DNA from: Allobaculum fili | GTDB lineage: Bacteria; Bacillota_I; Bacilli_A; Erysipelotrichales; Erysipelotrichaceae | NCBI RefSeq assembly: GCF_020969955.1 | Contig: NZ_JAHDSX010000038.1 | Span: forward strand, 1 to 23,770 | DNA length: 23,770 nt | Reading direction: 5' to 3' | Shown here: in pieces, positions 1-8,178 of the stretch | Layout of the letters: each line of letters starts with the position of its first letter | Numbering within the stretch: the stretch's first letter is position 1 | Translations under genes and position numbers: made by a program | The notes under the pieces: generated by a model | The model's input: only the letters and a program-made list of their open reading frames with translations | Database searches by the model: none | What the model was told of the DNA's origin: nothing

Positions 1-129
1 GCCAGATTGCAATTCTTCAAAAACTTGATCTGATTCCACGACCAGATTCGGTAGATAAACCCAAAAGGAAACGTGGTCGTCCACGCAAAAATCCGACCGT
101 ATAGTTTAGCTGATTGGGAAAGTTCTATT
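1..129 (+). mobile_element. Inner (3') end of an IS/transposase-like repeat, left copy, cut by the window edge. Carries partial CDS 3..104 (...QKLDLIPRPDSVDKPKRKRGRPRKNPTV*).
   Basis: It is the reverse complement of 23642..23770 with no indels: 70/70 identical over 60..129 and 9 mismatches over 1..59. An open frame runs in from the edge to TAG at 102..104 and ends in a basic, AT-hook-like GRPRK tail. Identity stops abruptly 25 nt after the stop codon. The family cannot be assigned from 34 codons. Confidence 0.55.
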
Positions 130-284
130 CCTCTTTTTTGATAAGCACTGACTAAACTCTTCCCCGAAAACTGGACACAAAGAGAGCAATTTCCTCATCT
201 GCGCAAACGGACTCTGGGAATTCGGCAATCCAGTCCTGAACACGAGGGAAGCCGGCTGGCTTTAAGCAAATACATAGCTTACTA

Positions 285-312
285 TTGACAGTATGCTGTT
301 GAACGGTATGAT
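285..312 (+). promoter_or_regulatory. sigma70-type promoter for the first MarR gene
   Basis: TTGACA (285..290), 16-nt spacer, TATGAT (307..312). It lies about 30 nt upstream of GGAGG (329..333) and the GTG start at 341. Confidence 0.6.
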
Positions 313-340
313 AGCTTCTGTTAAGAGCGGAGGTGTTCTT

Positions 341-766
341 GTGAGTGATAAGGAAAACAGCGGACAGCTGATCAAAATGCTGAATGATGCGATTGAGCGG
401 CGGGTAAACAATTCCCTGCGCGCGGATGATCTGACCATGGTTCAGGTCTGGGTTCTTCTTTCCCTGGATGAGAAAGAAAATCATACGTACTCCTTTAAGG
501 AACTCGAACGAATTCTAGGTGTTGCGCAGTCTACCTGTGTCGGAATTGTCAGCCGGCTCGTCGCTAAGAAACTGGTGGAAAGCTTTACCGATCAAAAGGA
601 TCGAAGGATGAAGCTGGTTCGTCTGAGCGAAGACGGGAAAAAACGCTGTGAAAAAGCGAAGAAGGATATCCAGGAACTGGAACAGACTCTGTTTACCGGA
701 TTTTCAGAGGAAGAGCAGGCTGTCTTCCACGGACTGCTGAAAAGAGTTTACGAAAATGTAAAATAA
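341..766 (+). CDS. MarR family transcriptional regulator
   Basis: Winged-HTH MarR pattern (...FKELERILGVAQSTCVGIVSRLVAKKLVESFTDQKDRRMKLVRLSEDGKK...). I chose the GTG at 341 because GGAGG sits 7 nt upstream and the ATG at 293 lies inside the predicted promoter. ATG at 377 is an alternative start. Confidence 0.85.
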   Translation: MSDKENSGQLIKMLNDAIERRVNNSLRADDLTMVQVWVLLSLDEKENHTYSFKELERILGVAQSTCVGIVSRLVAKKLVESFTDQKDRRMKLVRLSEDGKKRCEKAKKDIQELEQTLFTGFSEEEQAVFHGLLKRVYENVK

Positions 767-807
767 ACGCCCGCGGGCTTTCGCCCTGACGGGCGATACT
801 AACGCGG

Positions 808-830
808 AAATCGATCGCTTGCTTTTGAAA
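808..830 (+). repeat. Direct repeat copy 1 (AAATCGATCGCTTGCTTTTGAAA)
   Basis: 22/23 identical to 923..945, 115 nt downstream. Both copies lie in the marR-MATE intergenic region. Confidence 0.8.
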
Positions 831-922
831 TATCACAGTTAAAACGGAAACCGGACATACACAAATGAGAAAACGATGCCGGCTCCCTTCGCAGGCAGCC
901 AGGCGCATGGATCGGTATGTTC

Positions 923-945
923 AAATCAATCGCTTGCTTTTGAAA
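923..945 (+). repeat. Direct repeat copy 2 (AAATCAATCGCTTGCTTTTGAAA)
   Basis: 22/23 identical to 808..830. It ends about 40 nt before the MATE start. This copy sits inside a TTCAAA-N13-TTTGAA inverted motif. Confidence 0.8.
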
Positions 946-985
946 ATGGCGGAAACGTAGATCGAAAAATGGAATGGAGAGAGTT

Positions 986-2326
986 ATGAAAGATAAATCG
1001 ATGGAAATATTTGAATCCATGCCTGTCGCGCAGGCTGTATTCAAAAACGCATTGCCGGCTATGGCGGGGATGCTGATGGTACTCGTCTATAACCTGGCTG
1101 ATACTTTCTTTATCGGACAGACCCACGACGCATTGCAGGTCGCGGCAGTATCGCTGGCGACGCCGTTTTTCCTGCTGTTCATGGCAGCGGGAACGATTTT
1201 CGGCATTGGCGGTACGTCCGTAATTTCCCGTGCCCTTGGCGAGGGAAGAAAGGATCATGCCAGAAAGGTCTGCTCTTTCTGCATGTGGAGCTGCGTTGTT
1301 CTTGGTGTGGCGATGAGCCCTGTCTTTCTGATTTTTATGGATCCGATTCTTACTCTGATCGGCGCAAGCGCCGAAACGTGGGAAATGACGAAAACCTATT
1401 TGTGGATCGTCGCCTGGAGCGGACCGTTTGTTCTGGTTTCCAACTGCTACGCGAATGTGATCCGTGCGGAAGGCGAATCCGGAAAAGCCATGATGGGTCA
1501 GCTTCTCGGCAACCTGATTAACGTGGTTCTGGATCCGATTATGATTTTAGGCTTTGGCTGGAACGTAGCTGGTGCTGCGATCGCGACAGTGATCGGAAAT
1601 GTCATTGGGGCGGCGTATTACATCTTTTATTTCCTGAGCGGCAAATCCAGTCTCAGCATTCACCCCAGAGAGTTCACAGTAAAAGAAAAAGTCTGCAGCA
1701 GTGTTCTGATCATCGGCATTCCTGCGGCGCTCGGTTCGCTGCTGATGAGCGTTTCTCAGATTCTGATCAACAGCCTATGGCACAGTACGGGGATATGGCG
1801 GTGGCGGCCATGGGCGTAGCCATGAAAGTCATTACCATTACCGGCATGATCTGCATGGGACTCGGGCAGGGCATTCAGCCGCTTCTCCATTTTGTTTTCC
1901 CTGTCTTTAGGACTGGCGCTGACCGTTATCTGCTTCGTTTTTTCCGGCCAGATTGTCAGTGTGTTCCTGACCGATCCGACAGCCTATACGTATGCGGTTC
2001 ATTTTGTTCACATCCTGTTAACCACAAGCTTTCTGTTCGGCGTCTACTACGTTCTTACCAACGCGCTGCAGGCGATGGGGGCTGCAGCGGCATCCTTTGT
2101 AATTAACGTGAGCCGCCAGGGCCTGATCTTCATTCCCGCAATGTATCTTCTTGAAGCCGCTATGGGAATTACCGGACTGGTCTGGGCACAGCCGGCTGCC
2201 GACGTACTGTCCTTTGGTCTGGCGCTGATTCTTTATGTTCATACCTGGAGAAAACTCAGTCAGTCCAAAACGGAAACGACAGCTCCAGCCGCCGCTGCCG
2301 AAAAAATGAGCGCGGTCTGCGAGTAA
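986..2326 (+). pseudogene. MATE family multidrug efflux transporter, frame-disrupted
   Basis: The MATE-like sequence is split over three ORFs: 974..1819, 1777..2106 and 1892..2326. The reading ...SQILINSL|MAQYGDMAVAAMGVAMKV... needs a +1 shift at about 1776 (ctatgg where ctaatgg would be in frame). After ...GLGQGIQPLL (about 1887) the sequence jumps frame again straight into FSLSLGLALTV..., and about 15-20 residues normally found here (the GYNYGA... segment) are missing. ATG at 974 is an alternative start. Confidence 0.7.
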
Positions 2327-2414
2327 AACACAGTGCGGTATGTGAAAGATAAAACCAGTCCTCAGACAGACTGAGATTGATCCGCCTTGCATCAACGCCA
2401 TCAGCCAGACACAC

Positions 2415-2470
2415 AAAAGCCCGTCCTTATGGCTTTTTTCGAAAGGAAAAAGTCAGAGGACGGGTCTTTT
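2415..2470. terminator. Probable bidirectional terminator between the convergent MATE and DUF2812 genes
   Basis: CCCGTCC (2420..2426) pairs with GGACGGG (2458..2464) and is followed by TCTTTT. An inner AAAAGCC/GGCTTTT hairpin has a T-run. An A-run on the other side serves the minus strand. Confidence 0.45.
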
Positions 2471-2520
2471 CCTATTTACTTTTTTTACTTTTTATTTTGC
2501 GTTTCGCAGTTTAACGGGTT

Positions 2521-3210
2521 TCAGAGCGACGATTTACGATCTGCCACCATCCTATAAATGCCAATAAGTTCCAGGGTAATGGATCCTCCCATCAGAAAGT
2601 ACCGAAAAGAAAGGATGGAAGCCGGAAGCAGAAGAGAAATGGCGTACAGAAGCATTCCGCAGACAAGAACAAGACTGGGCCTTCTTTCCTTTTCTTCAGG
2701 GCTCCGCCCTTCCAGAGTCCAGATCTTCTGGTTATAGGCGCGCAGCGCATTCATCAGAACAATCGTCATGAGTCCCAGCAGGAGGGTAAGGATCCAGTAA
2801 AACATCTGTCTGGTTTCCACCGCCGCATAAAATTCCATCATGGAAGCAGCCAGTTCGATCACGCAGACGGCTTTGAACATCTTACGAATCCGCTTGAGCT
2901 GCTCCAGCTGGGAATCGGGATCGGTATACAGATGCAGAGGACCGTACTCGCTTTTTCGGCGCACCAGGAACCAGAAGCCGGAAGTACAGAGAAATTCAAT
3001 GTCCATATCTTTCAGAATCTGACGATATTCCCGGGATACGCCAAACCCGCGGTCGTTGAGATCGCAGTCGAACTGCCATTCGCCCGGTTTACACGGTTCA
3101 AAGGTATAGAGACCGTACTTAAAGCGCTTCAGGGCCCATCCTTTCGCGCACATTTCGTTGAGATATTCGATTTCGCGGTCTTTGTCGAACATGAGCCTGA
3201 ACTGTTTCAT
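2521..3210 (-). CDS. DUF2812-type membrane protein (the usual partner of PadR regulators)
   Basis: The N-terminus MKQFRLMFDKDREIEYLNEMCAKGWALKRF..YTFE matches the DUF2812 signature, and C-terminal TM helices follow. Its start overlaps the padR stop by 4 nt (ATGA). Confidence 0.75.
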   Translation of the reverse strand: MKQFRLMFDKDREIEYLNEMCAKGWALKRFKYGLYTFEPCKPGEWQFDCDLNDRGFGVSREYRQILKDMDIEFLCTSGFWFLVRRKSEYGPLHLYTDPDSQLEQLKRIRKMFKAVCVIELAASMMEFYAAVETRQMFYWILTLLLGLMTIVLMNALRAYNQKIWTLEGRSPEEKERRPSLVLVCGMLLYAISLLLPASILSFRYFLMGGSITLELIGIYRMVADRKSSL

Positions 3211-3518
3211 TCTTTATTCTCCTTGGCGTCTCTGAGCATGCCCTCCAGTCGATGAATTTCCTGATCAAAGACTTCTTTTCCCAGATCGGTGATGATGTAT
3301 TCCTTTTTGTTTCGACTGTCGGGTTCTTCCCGGTACACCCGGATCCAGTCTTTCTTCTGCAGATTCTTAATCGCGCCATAGAGCGTTCCGGCGCCCAGTA
3401 CGACGCGTCCATGCGTCATCTGTTCCACTTCCTTGGAAATTCCATATCCATGCAGCGGGTGATGAAGAACCAGAAGCATGTAAAACAGCGTTTCCGTTAA
3501 CGGCAGATCCTGTCCCAT
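3207..3518 (-). CDS. PadR family transcriptional regulator
   Basis: PadR motif ...LVLHHPLHGYGISKEVEQMTHGRVVLGAGTLYGAIKNLQKKDWIRVY.... I chose the start at MGQDLPL (3518), which has AGGAGG 9 nt upstream. The longer ORF reaching 3626 has no RBS. Confidence 0.85.
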   Translation of the reverse strand: MGQDLPLTETLFYMLLVLHHPLHGYGISKEVEQMTHGRVVLGAGTLYGAIKNLQKKDWIRVYREEPDSRNKKEYIITDLGKEVFDQEIHRLEGMLRDAKENKE

Positions 3519-3544
3519 AGCATTGTACCTCCTGTCGTCGCTCG

Positions 3545-3560
3545 ATGTATCGTGACACGT
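3545..3560. promoter_or_regulatory. PadR-type operator candidate (ATGT-N8-ACGT)
   Basis: ATGTatcgtgacACGT lies 27..42 nt upstream of the padR start. It differs by one base from the ATGT-N8-ACAT consensus described for PadR-family operators. The perfect palindrome CGATATATCG (3588..3597) and four TATATC motifs lie nearby. Confidence 0.35.
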
Positions 3561-3729
3561 TATATCTGATTTGACTATATCAGGAGACGATATATCGGTC
3601 AACGATATCTTTTTGGCGCTTTTCAAAGATACGATCGACAGGAGAAATCAATGTCCGCAATCGATACACGAAAAGGAAAAAGGAGGGCACCCAATCCGGA
3701 AAATCGACGGAAAGAAAACCGATACAAAT

Positions 3730-3767
3730 AAAAAAGCGAGCCGCTCCTGAAAAAGGAGGCAGCCCGC
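3730..3767 (-). terminator. Rho-independent terminator after the XRE-TM gene
   Basis: The minus-strand RNA GCGGGCUGCCUCCU-UUUUC-AGGAGCGGCUCGC forms about 13 bp with one bulge and is followed by UUUUUU. Confidence 0.7.
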
Positions 3768-3801
3768 CAGAAAAGCAAAGTGATTTTAAATGTCTGACGT
3801 C

Positions 3802-4785
3802 TCAGCTGTCTGTATCCTCTCTCTGCGTGACCAGACGGACGATTACCGCAACCACTCCAAACAGCACGCCGGTGACAGGCCAGATGATCCAGGTCTGATC
3901 CCAGTTTCCGGTCGCAAAGCTCCAGCCCAGATAAATGGCTGTGGCCAGACACCAGTAAATCGAGGCAACAGGATCCATCCGTTTTTCCATTTTCCGGTTT
4001 TCTGAAGAATAGTCGCCTTCGGAGAGAATTTTTTCAAATCCGGACTGCGTGATGGACGACCAGACGAGAAAGAAGACGCCGATGGAAACCAGAAGCAGCA
4101 GGGCAGTGACGGAAAGAACGGCAGAGAATTCCTGATGAATAAAGAGCGTAGAGAAAATCGGCGGAATCGGAGAAAGAATGCAGAAGACAATCCCGATAAT
4201 GGTCGAAAGCGTGTGTGTTCTGGCAAAAGCTTTCTTTTTCTGTGCGGCCAGGCCTTTAACGCCGTATCCAAGGCTGAAGTCTCCGGTTTCCAGCGTTTTC
4301 CACGGCTTCATGATCTGATCCGACCAGATGAAGAGCGTCACGGCGATGGCGACCAGAACCAGAAGTACGGAGACGCCAAGCGCGGCAACCATATTTTCGG
4401 AAATCAGGGAAGAAGGGAGAGCCGTAAAAGCGCTGAGCCCGATCAGCACGGCGGGAGACAGGATACAGAGAACCACACCAATGGCGACGCGCCAGGCGTT
4501 CAGGCGGTTCAGATCCAGAAAACGGTTGGCGTCTTCCAGACTCAGAGTCGGAAGGGAAGACTCTTCTTCCTCAATGGTGACCAGCGGGGCGTTGTCCTTG
4601 AGCAGATAGTCTGTGGACACTTCAAAAATTTCGGAAAGCTGCAAAATCTTATCGAGCGAGGGAACGGTCTGGGCGCCTTCCCATTTGGCGACCGCCTGGC
4701 GGGAAACGTTCAGCCGGCTCGCCAGATCTTCCTGGGACCATCCGTTTCGCCTGCGCAGTTCAATCAGTTTGTCTGCGAAAATCAT
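3802..4785 (-). CDS. XRE-family HTH regulator fused to a 6-TM membrane domain
   Basis: The N-terminus MIFADKLIELRRRNGWSQEDLASRLNVSRQAVAKWEGAQTVPSLDKILQLSEIFEVSTDYLL is a Cro/C1-type HTH. About six hydrophobic helices follow. The start at 4785 has AGGAGG 9 nt upstream, and the 104 extra N-terminal codons in the ORF track look non-coding. Confidence 0.8.
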   Translation of the reverse strand: MIFADKLIELRRRNGWSQEDLASRLNVSRQAVAKWEGAQTVPSLDKILQLSEIFEVSTDYLLKDNAPLVTIEEEESSLPTLSLEDANRFLDLNRLNAWRVAIGVVLCILSPAVLIGLSAFTALPSSLISENMVAALGVSVLLVLVAIAVTLFIWSDQIMKPWKTLETGDFSLGYGVKGLAAQKKKAFARTHTLSTIIGIVFCILSPIPPIFSTLFIHQEFSAVLSVTALLLLVSIGVFFLVWSSITQSGFEKILSEGDYSSENRKMEKRMDPVASIYWCLATAIYLGWSFATGNWDQTWIIWPVTGVLFGVVAVIVRLVTQREDTDS

Positions 4786-4977
4786 CAGATATTTCCTCCT
4801 TGTGGACTTGTGTGCCTGCATTGTATCGAAGGACATTTGTTCCAGACAGAACCTGTCAGCTGGAAATCCGTCAACTACCGGTTGCATTTGTAAAAAGCAT
4901 GACGGTTTGAGCGGATTTCCGCCCGAACTTTCGAGAAAAATACCAGAAAATAGGAAAATCACGGGAAAAGTCATATA

Positions 4978-5006
4978 TTTACAGACCGATTTTGAGCCTG
5001 TATAAA
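4978..5006 (+). promoter_or_regulatory. sigma70-type promoter candidate for the ABC operon
   Basis: TTTACA (4978..4983), 17-nt spacer, TATAAA (5001..5006). This implies a leader of about 215 nt with hairpins at 5018..5032, 5061..5081 and 5103..5117. Confidence 0.45.
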
Positions 5007-5226
5007 AAAGTGCATACGCTTCAAAACGAAGCGAAAAGAGAAACGGACAGGCAAAAGAAAGCCCGGCACGCAAAGCCGGGTGTACAGAAATCGACATTCA
5101 TGGAAAATTCAATTTTCTCGAAAACCTGTCCGGGAAAACGGGGATGGTATTCTGAAGACATCAGCCAGAACAAATGGCTGAAACGCACTTGCATGGAATC
5201 CCAACCCAGAGAAAGGATCAGCCAGG

Positions 5227-6399
5227 ATGGATATCGTACTGGACCACATCACCAAAATCTTTCCCGCACGGGGAAGAAAAAAGAACAGCAGAGAAGTCGT
5301 CGCTGCCGACGATTTGAATTTCACCATTTCCAACGGAAAACTCTGCGGGCTGCTCGGCCCTTCCGGATGCGGAAAAAGCACGGCGCTCAACATGATCAGC
5401 GGCCTGCTCAAGCCGACTTCCGGCGAGATTTTTTTCGGCGATCAGAACGTCACGGAACTTGAACCGCAGGAACGCGGGGTCGGCATGGTTTTTCAGAACT
5501 ATGCCCTCTATCCCCATATGAGCGTCTTTGACAACATCTGCTTCCCGCTGGAAAACCTCAAGGGCGATCAGAAACTCAGCGAAGAAGAACGAAAAGCCCG
5601 CGTCGAAGAAGTGGCACGGCTTGTTCACATCGAAGATCTGCTCGAACGCAAGCCTAAGGAACTCTCGGGCGGACAGCAGCAGCGCGTGGCGATTGCCCGT
5701 GCTCTGGTCAAACTGCCTAAAGTTCTTCTTCTAGACGAACCGCTTTCCAATCTGGATGCCCGTCTGCGCCTGCAGACCCGGGAAGAAATCCGCCGCATCC
5801 AGCAGGAAACAGGCATTACGACCGTTTTTGTTACGCATGACCAGGATGAAGCCATGAGCATTTCGGATTTCATTGTCGTCATGAAGGAAGGCCGGGTGCA
5901 GCAGATCGACACCCCGCAGAAGGTTTACGACAATCCGGCCAATCAGTTTGTCGCGCAGTTTCTCGGCCTGCCGCCCATCAACATGTTTCACGGCAAAATT
6001 GAAAATCAGATTTTGTACATCGGCGAAAATCCTGTGGCGCGTGTGCTCAGCGCGTCCGATCAGCCGGTGCATGTCGGCGTCCGCCCGGAGGGCTTTCTTC
6101 TCAAGGAAGAAGGCGCCCTTTGCGATCGCATGATCCGTACCGAAATTACCGGCCGGGACATGAGCATCGTTTCCGAAAACGAGGCGTCCATGAATCCGGT
6201 CGTTCGCTCGATTCTTTCGGCGGAAGATCTGCAGATTCTCGCCGAAAATCAGCAGGAGGTGCATTTTGATCTCAAGCTGAAAAAAGTCTTTCTTTTTGAA
6301 CCCGAAAGCGGAAACCGGATTGTGGCCGATCTTCAGCCTCTTCAAAAAGCGGCTGAAGAAGTTGTAGAAGCCGCGATCGTTCTGGAGGAAGCGGCATGA
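5227..6399 (+). CDS. Sugar-type (MalK/UgpC/MsmK-like) ABC transporter ATP-binding protein
   Basis: Walker A GPSGCGKST, signature LSGGQQQRVAIARAL, Walker B LLLDEPLSNLDA, H-loop VTHDQ, plus a C-terminal regulatory-domain-length extension. Its stop overlaps the next start (ATGA). Confidence 0.92.
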   Translation: MDIVLDHITKIFPARGRKKNSREVVAADDLNFTISNGKLCGLLGPSGCGKSTALNMISGLLKPTSGEIFFGDQNVTELEPQERGVGMVFQNYALYPHMSVFDNICFPLENLKGDQKLSEEERKARVEEVARLVHIEDLLERKPKELSGGQQQRVAIARALVKLPKVLLLDEPLSNLDARLRLQTREEIRRIQQETGITTVFVTHDQDEAMSISDFIVVMKEGRVQQIDTPQKVYDNPANQFVAQFLGLPPINMFHGKIENQILYIGENPVARVLSASDQPVHVGVRPEGFLLKEEGALCDRMIRTEITGRDMSIVSENEASMNPVVRSILSAEDLQILAENQQEVHFDLKLKKVFLFEPESGNRIVADLQPLQKAAEEVVEAAIVLEEAA

Positions 6400-7334
6400 A
6401 AAGCGCAAACGGGCGCACAGAGGGAAAAGGGCGCCTGAAAAAAGGCTGGCAAAAATACAAGGGTTTTCTGTATTTGCTGCCGGCGCTTGTGTTTCTGGCT
6501 GTCTTTCTGATTTATCCGCTCATCGACGTGCTGATTTATTCCTTTGAAGAAGGCTACAGTTCCGCCGCGCAGACGTACGCGGGCATTGGCTGGTACAACT
6601 ACGACTACGTTTTGCACGATCCCTATTTCACGCAGGCGCTCGTCAATACGTTTCTGCTCGTCATCATTACGGTGCCGATTTCCACCGGTCTGTCGCTGGC
6701 AATCGCCTTTCTGCTGACCCGCATTCAAAAGCTGCGTTCGCTGTTTCAGACGATTTACTTTCTGCCGTACGTGACCAATACCCTCGCAGTCGGCATGGTC
6801 TTCATGGTGCTGTTCAAGCAGACGCCGTATTCCGAAGGCTTTGTGAACATGCTGATCCATATGTGCGGCGGCTCTTCCGTCGACTTTATCGAAGGTCCGT
6901 ACTGGGCCAAGATGTTTGTGCTCTGCTTTTACACGATCTGGATCGTCATGCCCTTTAAAATCCTGATTCTGACCAGCGCACTGGCCAGCGTGAATCCAAT
7001 GTATTACGACGCGGCCCGCGTAGACGGCACCAGCTCCTGGCGCATGTTTTACAAAATCACGCTGCCGCTGATTTCCCCATCGGTGTTCTATCTGGTCATT
7101 ACCGGCTTTATCGGCGCGTTCAAGGCGTATTCAGATGCGGTTGCCCTGTTTGGCACGAATCTGAATGCGGCGGGAATGAACACGCTGGTCGGCTACGTCT
7201 TTGACATGCTTTACCGCGATGGCGGGGGCTATCCGTCCTATGCGTCCGCGGCGGCCATTCTGCTCTTTCTGGTTATTTTGACGATTACGGTCATCAACCT
7301 GATGGTTTCGAAAAAATATACCCACTACAGCTGA
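6396..7334 (+). CDS. Carbohydrate ABC transporter permease (MalF/UgpA-like)
   Basis: It has about six TM helices and the EAA-region motif YYDAARVDGTSSWRMFYKITLPL. GGAGG lies 7 nt upstream. Confidence 0.9.
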   Translation: MKSANGRTEGKGRLKKGWQKYKGFLYLLPALVFLAVFLIYPLIDVLIYSFEEGYSSAAQTYAGIGWYNYDYVLHDPYFTQALVNTFLLVIITVPISTGLSLAIAFLLTRIQKLRSLFQTIYFLPYVTNTLAVGMVFMVLFKQTPYSEGFVNMLIHMCGGSSVDFIEGPYWAKMFVLCFYTIWIVMPFKILILTSALASVNPMYYDAARVDGTSSWRMFYKITLPLISPSVFYLVITGFIGAFKAYSDAVALFGTNLNAAGMNTLVGYVFDMLYRDGGGYPSYASAAAILLFLVILTITVINLMVSKKYTHYS

Positions 7335-7353
7335 GAAAACGGAGAGACACACT

Positions 7354-8178
7354 ATGAAAAAATTCAAACCACTCACCTGGCTGTTTCTGATTTTGTGGGC
7401 GATCGCGGTTCTCTTTCCGTTTTACTGGATGGTGCTGACGTCCTTAAAAGGATACGGCGCCTACAACGCGGAATACATTCCCCAGCTGTTTACGCTGTCG
7501 CCGACACTGGAAAACTATTTTTACGCGTTTACGGAAGTCGATTTGGGACGGTATCTGCTCAATACGGTCATTTTCACCATCGTTACTACGGTTCTGATGG
7601 TCTTTGTCACCATTCTGGCGGCCTTTGCGTTCGCCCGGCTGGACTTTCCAGGGAAGAACCTGGTTTTTACCGGCTTTCTGGCGCTGATGATGATTCCCAA
7701 TGAACTGGTCATCATTACCAATTTTCAGACGATGACCGAGCTGAATCTGCGCAATACTTTTCTGGGTCTGATTCTGCCTTCGGTCACTTCCATTTTTTAC
7801 ATTTATCTGCTGCGGGAAAGCTTTGCGCAGATTCCGGATTCGCTGTACTATGCGGCGAAAATCGACGGGGCTTCGGACTGGAAATACCTGTGGAAAATCA
7901 TGGTTCCCATGTGCCGTCCGACGGTCGTTACGATTACGATTCTCAAGGTGATCGAATGCTGGAACAGCTACATCTGGCCAAGCCTTGTCACCGATGATCC
8001 GAAATACTTTCTGGTTTCCAACGGCATCCAGCAAATCCGCGAAAGCGGCTTTGGCCGGGCGAACATTCCGGCGATGATGGCGGCGGTCGTCGTCATCAGC
8101 ATTCCCCTGATCGTTCTGTTCCTGGTGTATCGAAACCAGATCATGTCCGGCGTCGTCAAAGGAGGAACCAAAGGATGA
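7354..8178 (+). CDS. Carbohydrate ABC transporter permease (MalG/UgpE-like)
   Basis: EAA motif YYAAKIDGASDWKYLWKIMVPMCRP and six TM helices. GGAGAG lies 7 nt upstream. Confidence 0.9.
   Translation: MKKFKPLTWLFLILWAIAVLFPFYWMVLTSLKGYGAYNAEYIPQLFTLSPTLENYFYAFTEVDLGRYLLNTVIFTIVTTVLMVFVTILAAFAFARLDFPGKNLVFTGFLALMMIPNELVIITNFQTMTELNLRNTFLGLILPSVTSIFYIYLLRESFAQIPDSLYYAAKIDGASDWKYLWKIMVPMCRPTVVTITILKVIECWNSYIWPSLVTDDPKYFLVSNGIQQIRESGFGRANIPAMMAAVVVISIPLIVLFLVYRNQIMSGVVKGGTKG

Noticed and set aside
123-130. TTCTATTC at the left IS junction also occurs near the right flank (23558..23565), which might be a target-site duplication.
   Set aside because: The right occurrence is about 75 nt from the IS boundary rather than abutting it. 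An 8-mer recurrence in 24 kb is expected by chance. True duplications would flank each element's outer end, which lies outside the window.
152-484. 110-aa minus-strand ORF overlapping the marR promoter and 5' end.
   Set aside because: It is codon-aligned antisense to marR over the overlap, has no RBS, and shows no recognisable motif.
771-795. GC-rich hairpin (CGCCCG...CGGGCG) just after the first marR stop, as a possible terminator.
   Set aside because: No U-run follows it, and the MATE gene downstream is plausibly co-regulated. I cannot support calling it a terminator.
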